Numbered from the stretch's first letter, positions 1 through 12,724 are shown. The stretch: 64,000 nt of DNA from Octopus vulgaris (GCA_951406725.2 OX597826.1:3038001-3102000); one strand, 5' to 3'. A program made the numbers and translations. Notes: generated by a model not told the origin, from the sequence alone.

Positions 1-526
1 TTTGCTCGGTGATCTTTACATTTCACTTAATGAATATATTTTTTCCAGTTATTTTACGTGTGATATTTGTTGCAAATCTGTTTTCTTCCCTCTTTTTAAA
101 CATGGATAGCGGTTCTTAAAAAGAAATATATAAGAAAAAATGTGAATGTTTAAATACGTAATTTGTTTTTAAATGGAAATCGCTAAAAACAACCAACTCA
201 CTTAGTCAAATCAGTTTTATAGTTTGCCGTTTAATTATCACGAAAAGCTCATTTTAACAACTAAAGCATGTAAGCAACTCGAACAAAAATTGATCTAATT
301 CGGAACGTATGGCAAGTGATAATGATATTGCTTGTACATTTATATTGAGTTCTAAGATGCATGGAACGAGAGAAAAGTTTACAGAAATGCAGAGAGCGAA
401 ACGGTTTCGGTTCCAGATTGAACACAATTCTATTTATGCAACAAACAGAAGAGGATCGCAACAAACAGAAGAGGATTGAAGAGAAATAAAGCTGAGGAGC
501 ATATAAAAAATATGGTGTGAATATGT

Positions 527-559
<33 letters not shown>

Positions 560-561
<2 letters not shown>

Positions 562-610
562 GTGACTGTGCGGTAAGAAGCTTGCAATAGTTCCTGGTTC
601 AATCCGGTTC
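560..610 (+). mobile_element. 5' head fragment of tRNA-derived SINE family B
   Basis: agtgactgtgcggtaagaagcttgc...gttcctggttcaatcc aligns by eye with the heads at 17804 and 26316 (A-box/B-box like). Confidence 0.55.
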
Positions 611-617
611 ACACACA

Positions 618-681
<64 letters not shown>

Positions 682-700
682 CATATATGTATGTACACAT
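611..700. repeat. (CA)n-(TA)n compound microsatellite
   Basis: direct reading; one of dozens of such tracts in the window. Confidence 0.95.
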
Positions 701-989
701 ACAACCACATATAAATATGCATATACACATATGCATACTTGTACGTGCTCCTTATTCACATTTCTAAGCGCTCCTAATTCTGAGAAAAGAACTGAAAATT
801 CTCAGAAGAGAAATCATAGTTTATAGGAGATAAAATGTTATGGGAAACGTGATTATTTGTGTTGTCAGAGTTTTGTCGTCCTTATGAAGGAATGGTAAAC
901 ACGGTACATTCTGTCAACACTGACACTCCGAACACGTGCTTGCACTCGCTTGTTTACCATTTTTATTTGCTATATACATAAATAGTTTC

Positions 990-1030
990 ATGACGTTACC
1001 ATGGAACGATACGTTCCATGGTAACGTCAT
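990..1030. promoter_or_regulatory. Perfect 19-bp inverted repeat containing two RFX X-box-like motifs and CRE-like half sites
   Basis: atgacgttaccatggaacg-ata-cgttccatggtaacgtcat; each arm holds GTTACCATGGAAC (close to GTTRCCATGGYAAC) and TGACG. The palindrome is certain, the regulatory role is inferred. Confidence 0.45.
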
Positions 1031-1818
1031 TATAGAAACAGGTTCGTTGGACAATTTCAGGGTATATTTTTGTTCCATTTCCCTGGTCGTGTCACCAAGC
1101 TTTGCGTTACATTCGGGATGCTCGTGTAGCTGTCAGCCAGTTTAATACACTCGGTACCCCCGAGAATTTACTTGTAACGTATCAATGCATTGGTGAAATT
1201 ATCTGATATATGATACCGTCACCTTACGGTAGTCCTTATTGCATTACGTCAATCTTGTGTATAAAACTATCGTTTAGGCTTCCTTTAAAAAAATAGCTCC
1301 ATCAAGCTTACAGAGATTAAGATAGCTATGGTAACATGACAAATTTAAGGATTAATAGATGCACACACACACACATACACACACACTCTTTTTCCGGCAC
1401 ACGTGAGAGTGTCAGTATATATAAGTAGAATAAGACATACATAATCCTTGGTAAAGTATTATATATTTCGTTAAATTATCAGAAAAGTAATTTCTTTTCG
1501 ATTTTTCGAATACACACACACAAAAGAACACACATATATAAAATATATATATATGCATGTATGTGTGCGTGTGTTTTGTGTGTATGAAACGGACAACTGA
1601 AGAAGGAGAATATTCTTCATGATGTATGTCTCGTTTCTCTGTCTGTTTTTTCGTTGTTCGAAGAAAAGTTCGTTTCTATGTTTTTGTTTTTATGTTTTCG
1701 TTTATCATTGTGTTCAACGTTTTGTTTATGTCCTGTACCCATATATGCATGTATGTATACATATATATGTAGGTATGTACATATATACATGTATATATGC
1801 ATATATTTATATATTATT

Positions 1819-1855
<37 letters not shown>

Positions 1856-1957
1856 AGTATATATATATATCTATCTATCTATATACAAGCACACACACAC
1901 ATACACACACACATACACACACACACATACACACACACACATATATATATATTACAT

Positions 1958-2070
1958 TAGGCTCGAAACGTAAAATAATTTTCTATTCTTGAGCGCTATA
2001 CTAATACATTTGTTTGTTTGTACACCACCTGCCTTCGTCTTTTGTTTATTTTCGTAAACTTTCCCTTTAT
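1958..2070 (+). mobile_element. 5'-truncated copy of an unclassified TA-flanked repeat (same family as 61142-61326)
   Basis: taggctcgaaacgtaaaa...gagcgctatactaatacattt...gtcttttgttt matches 61226-61325. Confidence 0.7.
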
Positions 2071-2184
2071 TACATATATATATTACATAAATATTCGATG
2101 AACGAAATGAAATATCTATCATATTGTGAAATGATGTTAACATTAATATGCTTTCTACACTATGTGAAAAGCCTGCATTTTTAG

Positions 2185-2354
2185 GGGTGGGCAAGTCGGT
2201 TGCATCGACGCTAGTGTTTGAACAAGTACTTATCTTATCGACCCCGAAAGGATGAAAGGTAAAGTCGAACTCGGCGGAACTTGAACACAAAACGGATGAT
2301 ATACCGGCAAGCAATTTCTTCGGCGCGTTAACGAGTCAGTCAGCTCACTGCCTT
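2185..2354 (-). mobile_element. tRNA-derived SINE family A, diverged
   Basis: ttatcgaccccgaaaggatgaaaggtaaagtcga...cagctcactgcctt matches the minus-strand copy at 55893-56124 and is the reverse complement of the 37668 copy. Confidence 0.85.
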
Positions 2355-2384
2355 CACTTTGACATGAATATAAATATCGATAAT

Positions 2385-2600
2385 AAGGTGGCGAGATGGT
2401 AGAATCGTTAGAACGCTAGTCAGATCTTAACGGCATAACATGCGTTTCAACGTGCTGAGTTCAAATGCCAATGAGGTCCACTTTGTCTTTCATAATTTGG
2501 GGCTCCATAAAATAAGAACTAGTTTTGTACAAAGATCGACGTAATCGATTAATCCCTTCAACCGAAATTACTGGCCTTGTACTAAAATTTCAGGCCAATA
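2385..2600 (+). mobile_element. tRNA-derived SINE family A, diverged
   Basis: aaggtggcgagatggtagaatcgttag...ctgagttcaaat...ctttgtctttcat...aaattactggccttgt. Confidence 0.8.
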
Positions 2601-3031
2601 GTATTATCGATTTTATTTTGATATTTAATATATGAAGCAATAAAGAAGTTTCGTTCCTTTTCTTAATTATTTACTGATGTGTTTTAGTTTCAATTTTGAT
2701 CGTCGTTTTACATGGGAGACTGGACAGCGATATCGAGTGAAGCTTTGTCTTCATTACGTACGAAATCTTCGCAGAATCGTTGATTTAATACGATGATTTA
2801 GGAGACTATTATCACATTAATATACAACCAAATGTCTAACTGTGTCGAAAATAATAGTAATTTCATATGTAACCTTGGAAGCACAGAGACGGTATTGTTG
2901 CCGCTTAAATGAGCAAACCATACTACGTTGATGGTAGTTTGGTAGATTATATGCGTACGTTGTTATTAAACCAGGAATCCCTAGGACAGTGATAGATGTA
3001 TGCATATATTTATACGTGTATATCTATGTAA

Positions 3032-3087
<56 letters not shown>

Positions 3088-3091
3088 ATAC

Positions 3092-3122
<31 letters not shown>

Positions 3123-3765
3123 TATAGATATATATACACTTCATTGTGCGTGCACGTGTGATCGAAACTCAGAAATTATGTAGTTTAATGCATTCGTCTC
3201 GAATGAGAGGCAAAGCATTTTATAACTTCTGTGTATAAATCATTCTTTCCATGAACATTCCCACTCTGGATGAATTATAATGGCGCATATCACTAATTTC
3301 TGCACTTTTATCCTTATCTATGAGCAAAACGTGTCACTGTTGCATTCTTTTCCGTGTACTGGGATACGAAGCCCAGCGTTGAATACATGCCAAAAAGTTA
3401 GGCTCATGTTTAAATTCATGTCATTTTACAAAACAAACGAAACAGCCGTTAGTTCGTCACTCGATTTGTGAAATAAAACTAACTGGGTCAAACATCAGCC
3501 ATTATTATTTGATAAAAATGTGAGAGAGACTGCATCATGTAAACCTGGTTGATTTGTGTCAGAACGGATGTACGGAGAGACACTCTCGATGAGGATTGGC
3601 GTGAGGCTAAATCACTACTACTAGTAATGTTGATAATGATAAGGTTGATGATGATGATGAGGATGATGGTAATGGTGAAAAAGTTATCGGGGTAGGGACG
3701 ATGCATACCCTGCGCAGAGACAGGTTTTTTCTGACAGTTATAGTGTAGCTGACAAAGGTTGGCTT

Positions 3766-3930
3766 ACAAACGTCGTCCCTGTTGTTATCAGAACGATTTG
3801 GTTCAATACCAGGAAGAACCTGAAGAGACCCGAAGAAAACATCTGGAAACTTTGGAAAAAACTTACAATCTTAGGACGCATATTGGGTAAAGTACTGTCA
3901 TCTTGACGACGGATGCTGTGCGACTTCTTA
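3766..3930 (+). pseudogene. Decayed 3' end of an R4/Dong-like non-LTR retrotransposon ORF plus short 3' UTR
   Basis: frameshifted translation VVPVVI..GSIP..KHLETLEKTYNL..LGRILGKVLSS*, typical of the C-terminus after the REL endonuclease; followed by a (TAA)n tail. Confidence 0.55.
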
Positions 3931-3966
3931 AATAATAATAATAACAATAGCAATAACAATAACAAC

Positions 3967-4040
<74 letters not shown>

Positions 4041-4053
4041 TAATAATAATAAT
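3931..4053. repeat. (TAA)n microsatellite
   Basis: direct reading. Confidence 0.95.
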
Positions 4054-4055
4054 AC

Positions 4056-4283
4056 CCGTTGGATTCCAGCATCGTAATGAAAGAGGACGAAAAAAACAAA
4101 ACAAAATAAGACAATCCCTTAAAATTTGAAATAGGAAGAATTTGGAACATGAGAAAAGTATAGGGCCTGCCTAAAATAATTTGTGCATTGGGAACAATAA
4201 GCAAATTTATAGACAACTGGCTTCAGGAGATTGGTATAGAATGTCCGGTAGAGCTGCTTCAAAAAGTTTCTCTCTAAGGGACC
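4056..4283 (+). pseudogene. Decayed C-terminal REL-endonuclease region of an R4/Dong-like non-LTR retrotransposon
   Basis: one frame reads PLDSSIVMKEDEK..*DNPLKFEIGRIWNMRKV*GLPKIICALGTISKFIDNWLQEIGIECPVELLQKVSL*GT, matching the KE.EK..KY..L..EI.R.W...P.IIGALG...LQK..LLGT pattern; three in-frame stops. Confidence 0.75.
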
Positions 4284-4707
4284 TGCATAAGGCCTATACC
4301 ACACATTTGCTTCTCAGTTGTTTGACCTTAGTGGCTGATGATATGTGCATCTCTGATCACGAGCAGAAGTAGCGGGGGAGCATTGTAGCCATGTGTTAAG
4401 AGGAATTCTTTGGGGTTTGCATAATTCCCCTTTGGTAACATGGGTGTTCTGTTTAATATCCTTAAACAACCCTTATTCAGGGGCCTTTTGAGCGCGATGG
4501 GCTACTCACAAGAACAATCTAACTGGCCCCACCTGCAAGGCCATGCGCTGTTTATCTTGATATGAGATCACCATGTCACGCATACATGCTTGCATGCGAT
4601 GCATGTGTCTGTTGTACTCTATCAGACGGGTGGTCATGATGGGTATACCGGGATTCGTATATTTTACCCAATGTCACTTTGATGGCACGCACTGCTCTCT
4701 CACTCAC
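4284..4707 (+). mobile_element. TAA-tailed retroposon 3' segment (family T), longest copy
   Basis: ends gtcactttgatggcacgcactgctctctcactca+(TAA)n; homologous to 4791-5045 and 29194-29390. Confidence 0.85.
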
Positions 4708-4764
<57 letters not shown>

Positions 4765-4790
4765 TGATGATGATGTTGATGATAATAACA

Positions 4791-5045
4791 TCTTTAGACA
4801 ACCCTTATTCAGGGACCTTTTGAGCGGGATGGGCTACTCGACCCGATGAAATTCTAATTGGGCCCCACCTGCAAGATCATACGCTGTTTATCTTGATATG
4901 GGATCACAATGTTCCGCACATATTGTTGTAATGCATGCGCCTGGTGTGCCCTTATCAGACGTGTAGTCATGATGGGTATACTGGGCTTCGTACATTTTAT
5001 CCCAATGTCACTTTGATGGCACGCACTGCTCTCTCACTCACTCAC
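4791..5045 (+). mobile_element. TAA-tailed retroposon family T, 5'-truncated
   Basis: acaacccttattcaggg...ctctctcactca colinear with 4466-4707; TAA tracts on both sides. Confidence 0.85.
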
Positions 5046-5200
<155 letters not shown>

Positions 5201-5659
5201 ATTAAACACAATATCTCCAATCAAAAACATCACGATAGTGGATATTATCCGATGTCTTAATTATACACACCACATACTGTGATCAAAGTCGGATAGTCTG
5301 GAACCGTGCCAAAGAAAAGGTGATCGGGTTGAATATAAGTGCGCCTATTTTGGAGTTATCAACTTAATTATTCACCCAGTTTAACCCTGTCGATTGACAT
5401 TTATATGATTCCGTCGGAAATCCATCTTTTGTAAACGTACGGAAGCCACACTTTTTGTTTTCTTCAAAGAATTCAGTAAAATATCCGCAGCACGTGTTGT
5501 CGAAAAAAAAAAAATTAATTCTCCGCCAGTTGGTCACCGTTACTGCTCACAACCATTTCGTTTACGTGTCACGAATACAACCTTTAAACGGTTTCTTGGC
5601 CAGGTAGCCAACGCTTGTGTAATACCCCTAGATATACACTGGATGTATATATATACATG

Positions 5660-5713
<54 letters not shown>

Positions 5714-7668
5714 GTATACGTATATATATATATACATATATATACATACATATATATATACATACACACACACATATATATATATATATACACATATATA
5801 TATATATATGTATGTATATATATATTTATATATATCTTCCTATAGAAGGAAATATCCCTGAGAGAATATGTACCTTGATATAAAAAATAAACGTCAGAAT
5901 GCTGACGGATGAAAGGTATTTAATCACAGGTATATTTCATCAACAGGTCATTCGGAACTAAACAGGAAACTACAGCCTTTGAAACTTTTTCTGATATTGA
6001 AGATGCGATAACCCAAATATTACTCAACATAACTTTGCTATTCAACATGCTAGATATAGTAACCAAAACTCTATGAAGCTGGTGTATAGATTTCCGAAGG
6101 TGCAATACTGCATTGTATGTAGTCATGGAAACACTTAATGTCAAAGATTTCACTAGAAGGCACTTTACTACGCATGTGTTTAATTAGGGCAATTTTATGA
6201 ATATAAAAGGACGAGTGTGCCGCCTAATTCCTGAAGCCCGTAACTTTCAACTACCGAACTATTTTGTCAGCAAGTGTCATTCCAAGAACCCAAAATTCAG
6301 AAATGTTTTTAGAAGCATAAAGAGCTTAAAATGAATTTCCTGTCCTCATAAAAAATCAATGTGAAGCCGTATCATGGTATTCTTCCACCGAATCATTATA
6401 TACAGAAAATTGTTTTAGACGTGCTTCACTGTTCAAATAATATTATGTTACTAAATATCCAACACGTGAAAAACGCTCTTCTCTCAAGTTGATATTTTTT
6501 CTTCTTTTCATTTTCGCCAGATAAATTATTTTTTTTCTTAATTTTATTTTGTATATGTTTCTAAAAATGCATATTTCATTCATTGTCAATTTGATGTTCT
6601 GTAATACAGGTTTTCATATTTCGATTTTTAATTCTTACTTTCTGTATCTATAAGGCATTGTTCCTAATTTTGATATATATACTGTCGAAATATGAAACAG
6701 GACTTTATTTCAACAATCTTTGTATCTGAATAATATTTTAGAAGGAAAATATATTACGCAGCTTACCCATATCTCTATGCCTGCCGTTTTAAAACTACAT
6801 TTTCAAAGTCTTCGCATGCAGAATTCTTAACAGCAGTCATAGTTGTAAATCGTAAATTATGTTATCAGAAAGGATACAATGCGAACATAAATTTTACAAA
6901 ACTAAATTATGTAAGGTTTTGAATATATTACCACGTAAGCAGGTGCTGTTCCAAGTGCCTTTCGGATCAGCGAATTTATAACGAACAGTGCACAACTGAA
7001 AGTCATTCGGAGAATAAACCTGATGCTAGAAGAACAAAACGTTACAACAAACGCAAGAGCAAAATCAACAAAAGAAACCCACAACTCGAGCCTCTCAATG
7101 GAGCACACTGAAATTCTAACGATCCTGCCACAAAAAGCACAATCGCTTTCCACACCTGTACAATCAAGCAGAGCTACAACGTCTTGGAATAATTTTACAA
7201 AACCAACTTTAAAAGACCAGATTCAGTATAAGGAAACGCACAAAGAGTAAAGTTACTGAAGCAGTAATTCCTTACTAGTAATAGAATAACAACTACGGTG
7301 TATCTCGCTTTCAACTCTAGTTCACTACTATGGGAGCTCTCAGCTCTCAGCTCACTACAATGGGATGGCTACTATTGCACTGCTTGCCTCTAATGCCCAG
7401 TCAAAAGCTGTGACATTCACTAGGTTTTTAAATTTTTAGAAATTTGGATTGTCAGTGTTTAGTGTAAATATTGAAACGTTTGAGGTGTACCGTATGCACG
7501 TAAAAGAAGATTAACAAAAAATTAAACATATCTACCAAAAATATGCTAAATTCACAAATTATGGAATTTAGCAAAACTATGCTATATTCACAAATTTTCA
7601 AACTGATAAACAAACACTAATGTTATGAAGTAATGTTAAAAACGAACACTAATGTTATAAACTAGATA

Positions 7669-7917
7669 CATTATTTACATTTGACGGATATTTGTGTCAT
7701 CTTTTTTGTTGTTAGCACATTGTTTCGGCTGATATACGTTCCAGCCTTCATCATTCCTAAGGAATGCAAACCAAGGTTCGAAATTTCCTCAAGACACTTC
7801 ATGAAGGCTGGAGGGTATATCAGCAGAAACGATATGTTAACAACAAACAAGATGAGGACAAATATCCGTCAAATGTAAATAATGCACATAATTCCTCAGC
7901 TCTTAAATACAGAACTG
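7669..7917 (+). mobile_element. Fold-back copy of the 3' part of SINE family D (inverted arms 7669-7753 and 7799-7884)
   Basis: cattatttacatttgacggatatttgt...ccagccttcat mirrored by atgaaggctgg...aaatatccgtcaaatgtaaataatg; same sequence as 28960-29100. Confidence 0.8.
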
Positions 7918-10329
7918 CAAAATAGATACAATACATTGATATAATTAGATACAATTCTACATTGATACAAATAGATACAATTCTACATTGAATTATGATT
8001 GTCATTACTATTCAAGACCGTATGTTGCATAGTTTGATCCGAAAGACAGTATTACATTTCATTTTTGCTACATGCATCTTAGAGTGCATGTGGTCGGAAT
8101 GTTGTATTCTTCATAATTTAAAATTCGTTCAATTTACATGACTTTACGAAACGTCTCCAAGTGACTTACAGTATGTACTATGCATACAGAAAAACACAAA
8201 TTCGTGTTTGGAATTAGAAATGCGGCTGAATTTTAAACTCTGGAATAAGGAAGTGAAGTACATCCTCTAAATTGTTTAATCGTAAAAATGGTAAGAGCTG
8301 AAAACTACTAAACCCATTAGCGAGTTTTAAAAAACCTGAAAAAACTGCTTTGTGTTAAAGTTTTCAGCACAGATTATACGGAATTCAAATACAGTCGAGG
8401 CCAGTTTTGAGTTTTATTCCCTCAGGATCGATAAATAGGTCACGTATCCTGTTCTGATGTCAATTTCTTCTCATTCTCTTACTCTTATATTTCGTCTGCC
8501 TCTCGCCCCTGATTCTTTCAGATACGTATCGGCTCTGAACATGTCTGGAGAGAATTGTACCACCTTAGTTCTAAAAAATACCCAACGCACGCTATATGTC
8601 ATATCATAGCACCAACGACTCCACCAACTAGAGCTGAAAGAGAAATGCAAGACAAACGAAGGTGTATGGCATATTGGACACATTACAAAATATCTATAAT
8701 TGTTGTGATAACTAGAATGAAATGGTGTGACGTCCATAAAATGTCACATGTGCTTGAGAAATAGCATTAATTTTATTTTCAAACAGTCATGGATTTATGA
8801 ATGAAATAAGGTTCTGAACCAGAGTGCTATATTCTAGAGGTGGACATATTGGGAGATATTTACCGCAAAAATAGTTTGGGGAATAAAAATAAAATGGTTA
8901 ATCCGGGAATTGAAACCGAATCTTGGTTTGAGGAATTAGAGTAATATTGAGTAAGCTCTTTGTTTCTCAGAAGCTAAATGATATGATTATTAGCAATACC
9001 GATCAATTTAACACACATAAGCATGCTCGTTCTGTAGACATGTGCTTCCTCCAAATAACTAAGAAGATTTGGGAAGAAGTGAAGTAGATGGGGAAAATGT
9101 AATATCATGAGGAAGAGAAAGAAAACAATAACAAGTGCGAAAACAACAATATCTGTTTTAGTCAGTTTAAGAATTTAATGATCTTTTAAGAAGAGTTCAA
9201 TTAAACTATAGCTGTATAGATGATCGATAAGTTAGTTACAATGGATATGTGTGGAGAAAGAATCAAAAGAATATGAAGAATCAGCGAAAAAAGCACAATA
9301 ATAAGATGGAGAAAATCAAAAGATAAAAACGGACGAAAAAGAAGGAGAAATGATGGAAATTTCAAAGAAATGAATGGGAGAAAGACAGAAATAGTTAAGA
9401 AAAATGGAGAAGAAAGATGTTAAAGAGAGAAGTGAAGAAAATGTTTTTGCTTAAAGATTGATTTTTGATTATTTTAGTAGAGTCTTAAATCGAGATTATA
9501 ACATGTGTCTATGTGTGTGTGTATGAGATTGGGAGAAATAGCGTTAAAGAGAGATAGAGATAATTAAAGGTAGTGATAGAGAGAGAAAGAGCGTGTGAGA
9601 GATTGAAAAAGAAAAGGAAAGCGTGAGAGAATAGAAGAGAGTGAGAAGTCGTAGCTTTTGGTGAAATATAAAACTATATCCTGTAAATGAAAATAAAATA
9701 AAGATGAGGCCAGGATGAAATAATGTTTGGCAATACATGTGTTTCTTGAGGCGATTTTTCTGTATAATCAGTGATTATAGAAATAAAAATCATTAGAAAA
9801 GGAGCGCCGTGAAATCCTGAAGATTTGAAGAGAGAAAATGAGTAACGTTTAAATTCGAAATATAATGAAGATTCAAGCATGAAATAAACAAAAAAAAATT
9901 CGGTCTTAATGAAGCTACTGCTACATATAATAATGTTGGTAATGGGTTGAATGAAGCGAATAGTTGCAGTAGAATTAGTTAGATTAGAAAGAGCAGTAGG
10001 TAGGTCGGACTGTGGGAATTATACTGCCTGTCTAAAAACGAAATGATAGAAGAGGGAAAAATCAAAATCAAAATATGAAAAAAAAGGAAACAAAATTGAG
10101 GAAAATAAAATTATGTTTGCCATTTATATGGAGTATGATACCTTGCAGCAAAATATTGGTTTCGGGCAACTAATAAATAACCTAGTTCATTTCCGAAACA
10201 CACACATACACACACACACACATAAAACACACACACACAGCTACATGCGTGCGCACACACTTACGCATACTTGAGCTTATGTGTGTATGCATGCGATTAT
10301 ATGGATATATTTATATATATTTATAATAC

Positions 10330-10619
10330 AAAATTGGACAAGAATGCAAAACATCCGCAAAACATCAGTTAGGTGATAGAAAAATGGGACAATAAAACAT
10401 CCAGATAGACGATGCGAAGAAAACAAGGACGGGTCATTCGAAGTTTTCTTTCCTCAGTCAAGTACCAGATTATCCTCGAAATTTCGGCTGAGTATACTTG
10501 AGATTGCTCCAATCTGGCCAGCCCCAAGGAAAAGCTAAGCTAAGAGCATTAGATTCCTTGGAAGAAAGCAGCGAATGTATATAAAAACAAGGACGGGAAA
10601 AAACAAGCAATGTTACACA

Positions 10620-10620
<1 letters not shown>
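10330..10620. repeat. Unclassified interspersed repeat next to a TA tract
   Basis: higher-complexity block with internal repeats (aaaacatcc, aaacaaggacggg) bounded by AT-rich/microsatellite sequence; single copy in window. Confidence 0.35.
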
Positions 10621-10715
<95 letters not shown>

Positions 10716-10716
10716 G

Positions 10717-10768
<52 letters not shown>

Positions 10769-10793
10769 CATTTATATATATATATAGACATAC

Positions 10794-10838
<45 letters not shown>

Positions 10839-10895
10839 TATATACATATGCAGAAAAATACACACGTATACACAGAGACACGCACTGCCTTTCTT

Positions 10896-10951
<56 letters not shown>

Positions 10952-11459
10952 GATATATATATACATTCCATACCAATATATTGTTTCATATTGTTTGCCA
11001 AATAAATTATATATCAGTGGTCGAGTGTGTAAAACTGTAAGTATTTACAGCTTGGAGAAGATATTTTAATATTTGATTAATACACTAAAAGCCGTTCTAT
11101 AAACATTTTTCATTCATTTTGCCACTAAGTACCTTATTGTGAAGTATCAAAAATCTTGATACACTTTTGTAACTTCGTCACTGACATAATTTCACCTATC
11201 AGAATTTTGTTGGTAACAATTAGTCTCCCAAAATCGACACAGACGAGAAGTGATTATAACTATTATTGCTCCTTCGTAAATGGTTAAGAATGTATTCTAT
11301 TTACTTACAGAAATTGACTAACCGTCGCATTCTAGTGGTGTTATTATTTAAAACAATAAGCCTAAGTGAGTACTTTCGGTTAAACTATGCTGAAATTATC
11401 TTCCTTTAACGATAAAGAGTCCATCGAATAACATAAAATTACTGTCTCACATACACATA

Positions 11460-11585
11460 AACGTAGGGCAACGTGAAATGAAGTGCTTTCCTCAAGAACA
11501 CAACGCAATGCCCGATCTGAGAATTGAACACACGATCTCGCAATCGTGAGAGAAACACCGTAGCCACTAAACATGACGCCTTCAC
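11460..11585 (-). mobile_element. 5' part of tRNA-derived SINE family C, decayed
   Basis: reverse complement gtgaaggcg..tttagtgg...gtgttcaattc...gcgttgtgttcttgaggaaagcacttcatttcacgttg shows A/B-box spacing. Confidence 0.6.
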
Positions 11586-11651
11586 CGACACACACACATA
11601 ATGCACAAATAGGTACATATATTTATATAAACACAGCAGTTACCTTAAGAT

Positions 11652-11962
11652 AAAAAGGTGTGAAAACACCAGTTCGTTCAGTGTCGCCATCTGTCAGGAA
11701 ACTCAGACATCACTGTCTCGATCTCGAGTTTTTTACTCTTGTCTGTGAGATATAACTATGAAAGACAACTCTGAACGACTAAGCGCAAATCAGACAACGC
11801 GTGGACTCATTTATATATAAAGCTACAAGCTTTGCTTAGTTCGTTCAGAATTAACTCTCTTCGGTACATCTCATTGACAAGAGCCAAAAAATTCTAAACA
11901 TCGATGTATGACATTCCTGACGTCTGGTGATACTGAACGAACTGGTGTTTTCACACATTTTT
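11652..11962. mobile_element. Fold-back MITE-like element (~310-bp imperfect hairpin)
   Basis: tgtgaaaacaccagttcgttcagt mirrored by actgaacgaactggtgttttcaca; inner mirrors ctcttgtc/gacaagag and tctgaacga/tcgttcaga. Confidence 0.8.
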
Positions 11963-12662
11963 TTTTACTATAAAAGAGATTTTTCTCCACGGTACCTGCA
12001 GTGCATTTGGCTTTAGCAGTTGAAATATGTGACGCTAGCCCGCTGGTTTAAATTGATATTAATCAAGTTGATATCAATTTTTTACCCTTCTTATTTAAAT
12101 TTAAATAACCATGTTCTCTACCCAGCAGGCTTCGATGCAGAAAGTTATTTCCTGCAGAGTCATTTTCGGCTTTGGCGCGCCAAAACGAAGACATTTGAAA
12201 TATACCCCCAAATATAATTGACAGAACTGTGTGCATGTTCTCTTTCGGGTGGACTTCTCGTGTGCAGTTCTGCAATTAATATTTTCTATGACGATCGTAC
12301 TGATTTGCGGACATTTACATACGTAAATATGTAAATGGTAATAATGAAATCTGGTATGTGACTAAACATTATATTTTGCATCTTTTCATTTGTCTTGCTC
12401 ACTTTACGTTCTGGGGTTCGCCGAATTTTCTTGTGAACAATTTTTTCTTAGTTGGTCAGATCATATGGGGTCTGCATTTAACATATTAGATGGCCACCTT
12501 GTGGTCATCCCGCTTATGTGTGTGTAATATAATTTTTCTGAATCTTCAGATTTTTCAATATGCTAGGCCACTGTTTTAAATTCATATCAATCAAATTAAT
12601 ATCATGTTTTACCCTTATTATTTAAATATATATATATATATATGTATATTGTGTATTTCTTT

Positions 12663-12720
12663 AATGGCGGTGCCCCAGCATGGCCACAGCTTGTGAGCTG
12701 AAACTAGATGAAAATAAAAA
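12663..12720 (+). mobile_element. SINE 3' tail fragment (family B variant)
   Basis: ggcggtgccccagcatggccacagct, also at 33266-33310; resembles the family B tail ggcggtgctccagcatggcc. Confidence 0.65.
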
Positions 12721-12724
12721 AATG

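Noticed and set aside
438-478. Short tandem duplication caacaaacagaagaggat (similar ones near 7610 and 7945)
   Set aside because: Ordinary slippage duplications with no further structure
1597-1620. CTGAAGA followed by a small hairpin as a hammerhead
   Set aside because: No GAAA, helix III or helix I downstream
6960-7250. 75-aa ORF, possible CR1-like remnant
   Set aside because: Similarity too vague to support either a gene or a TE call
9050-10110. Purine-skewed, A/G-rich stretch (similar at 20930-21300)
   Set aside because: No periodicity or translatable motif recognised; probably decayed low-complexity or TE sequence
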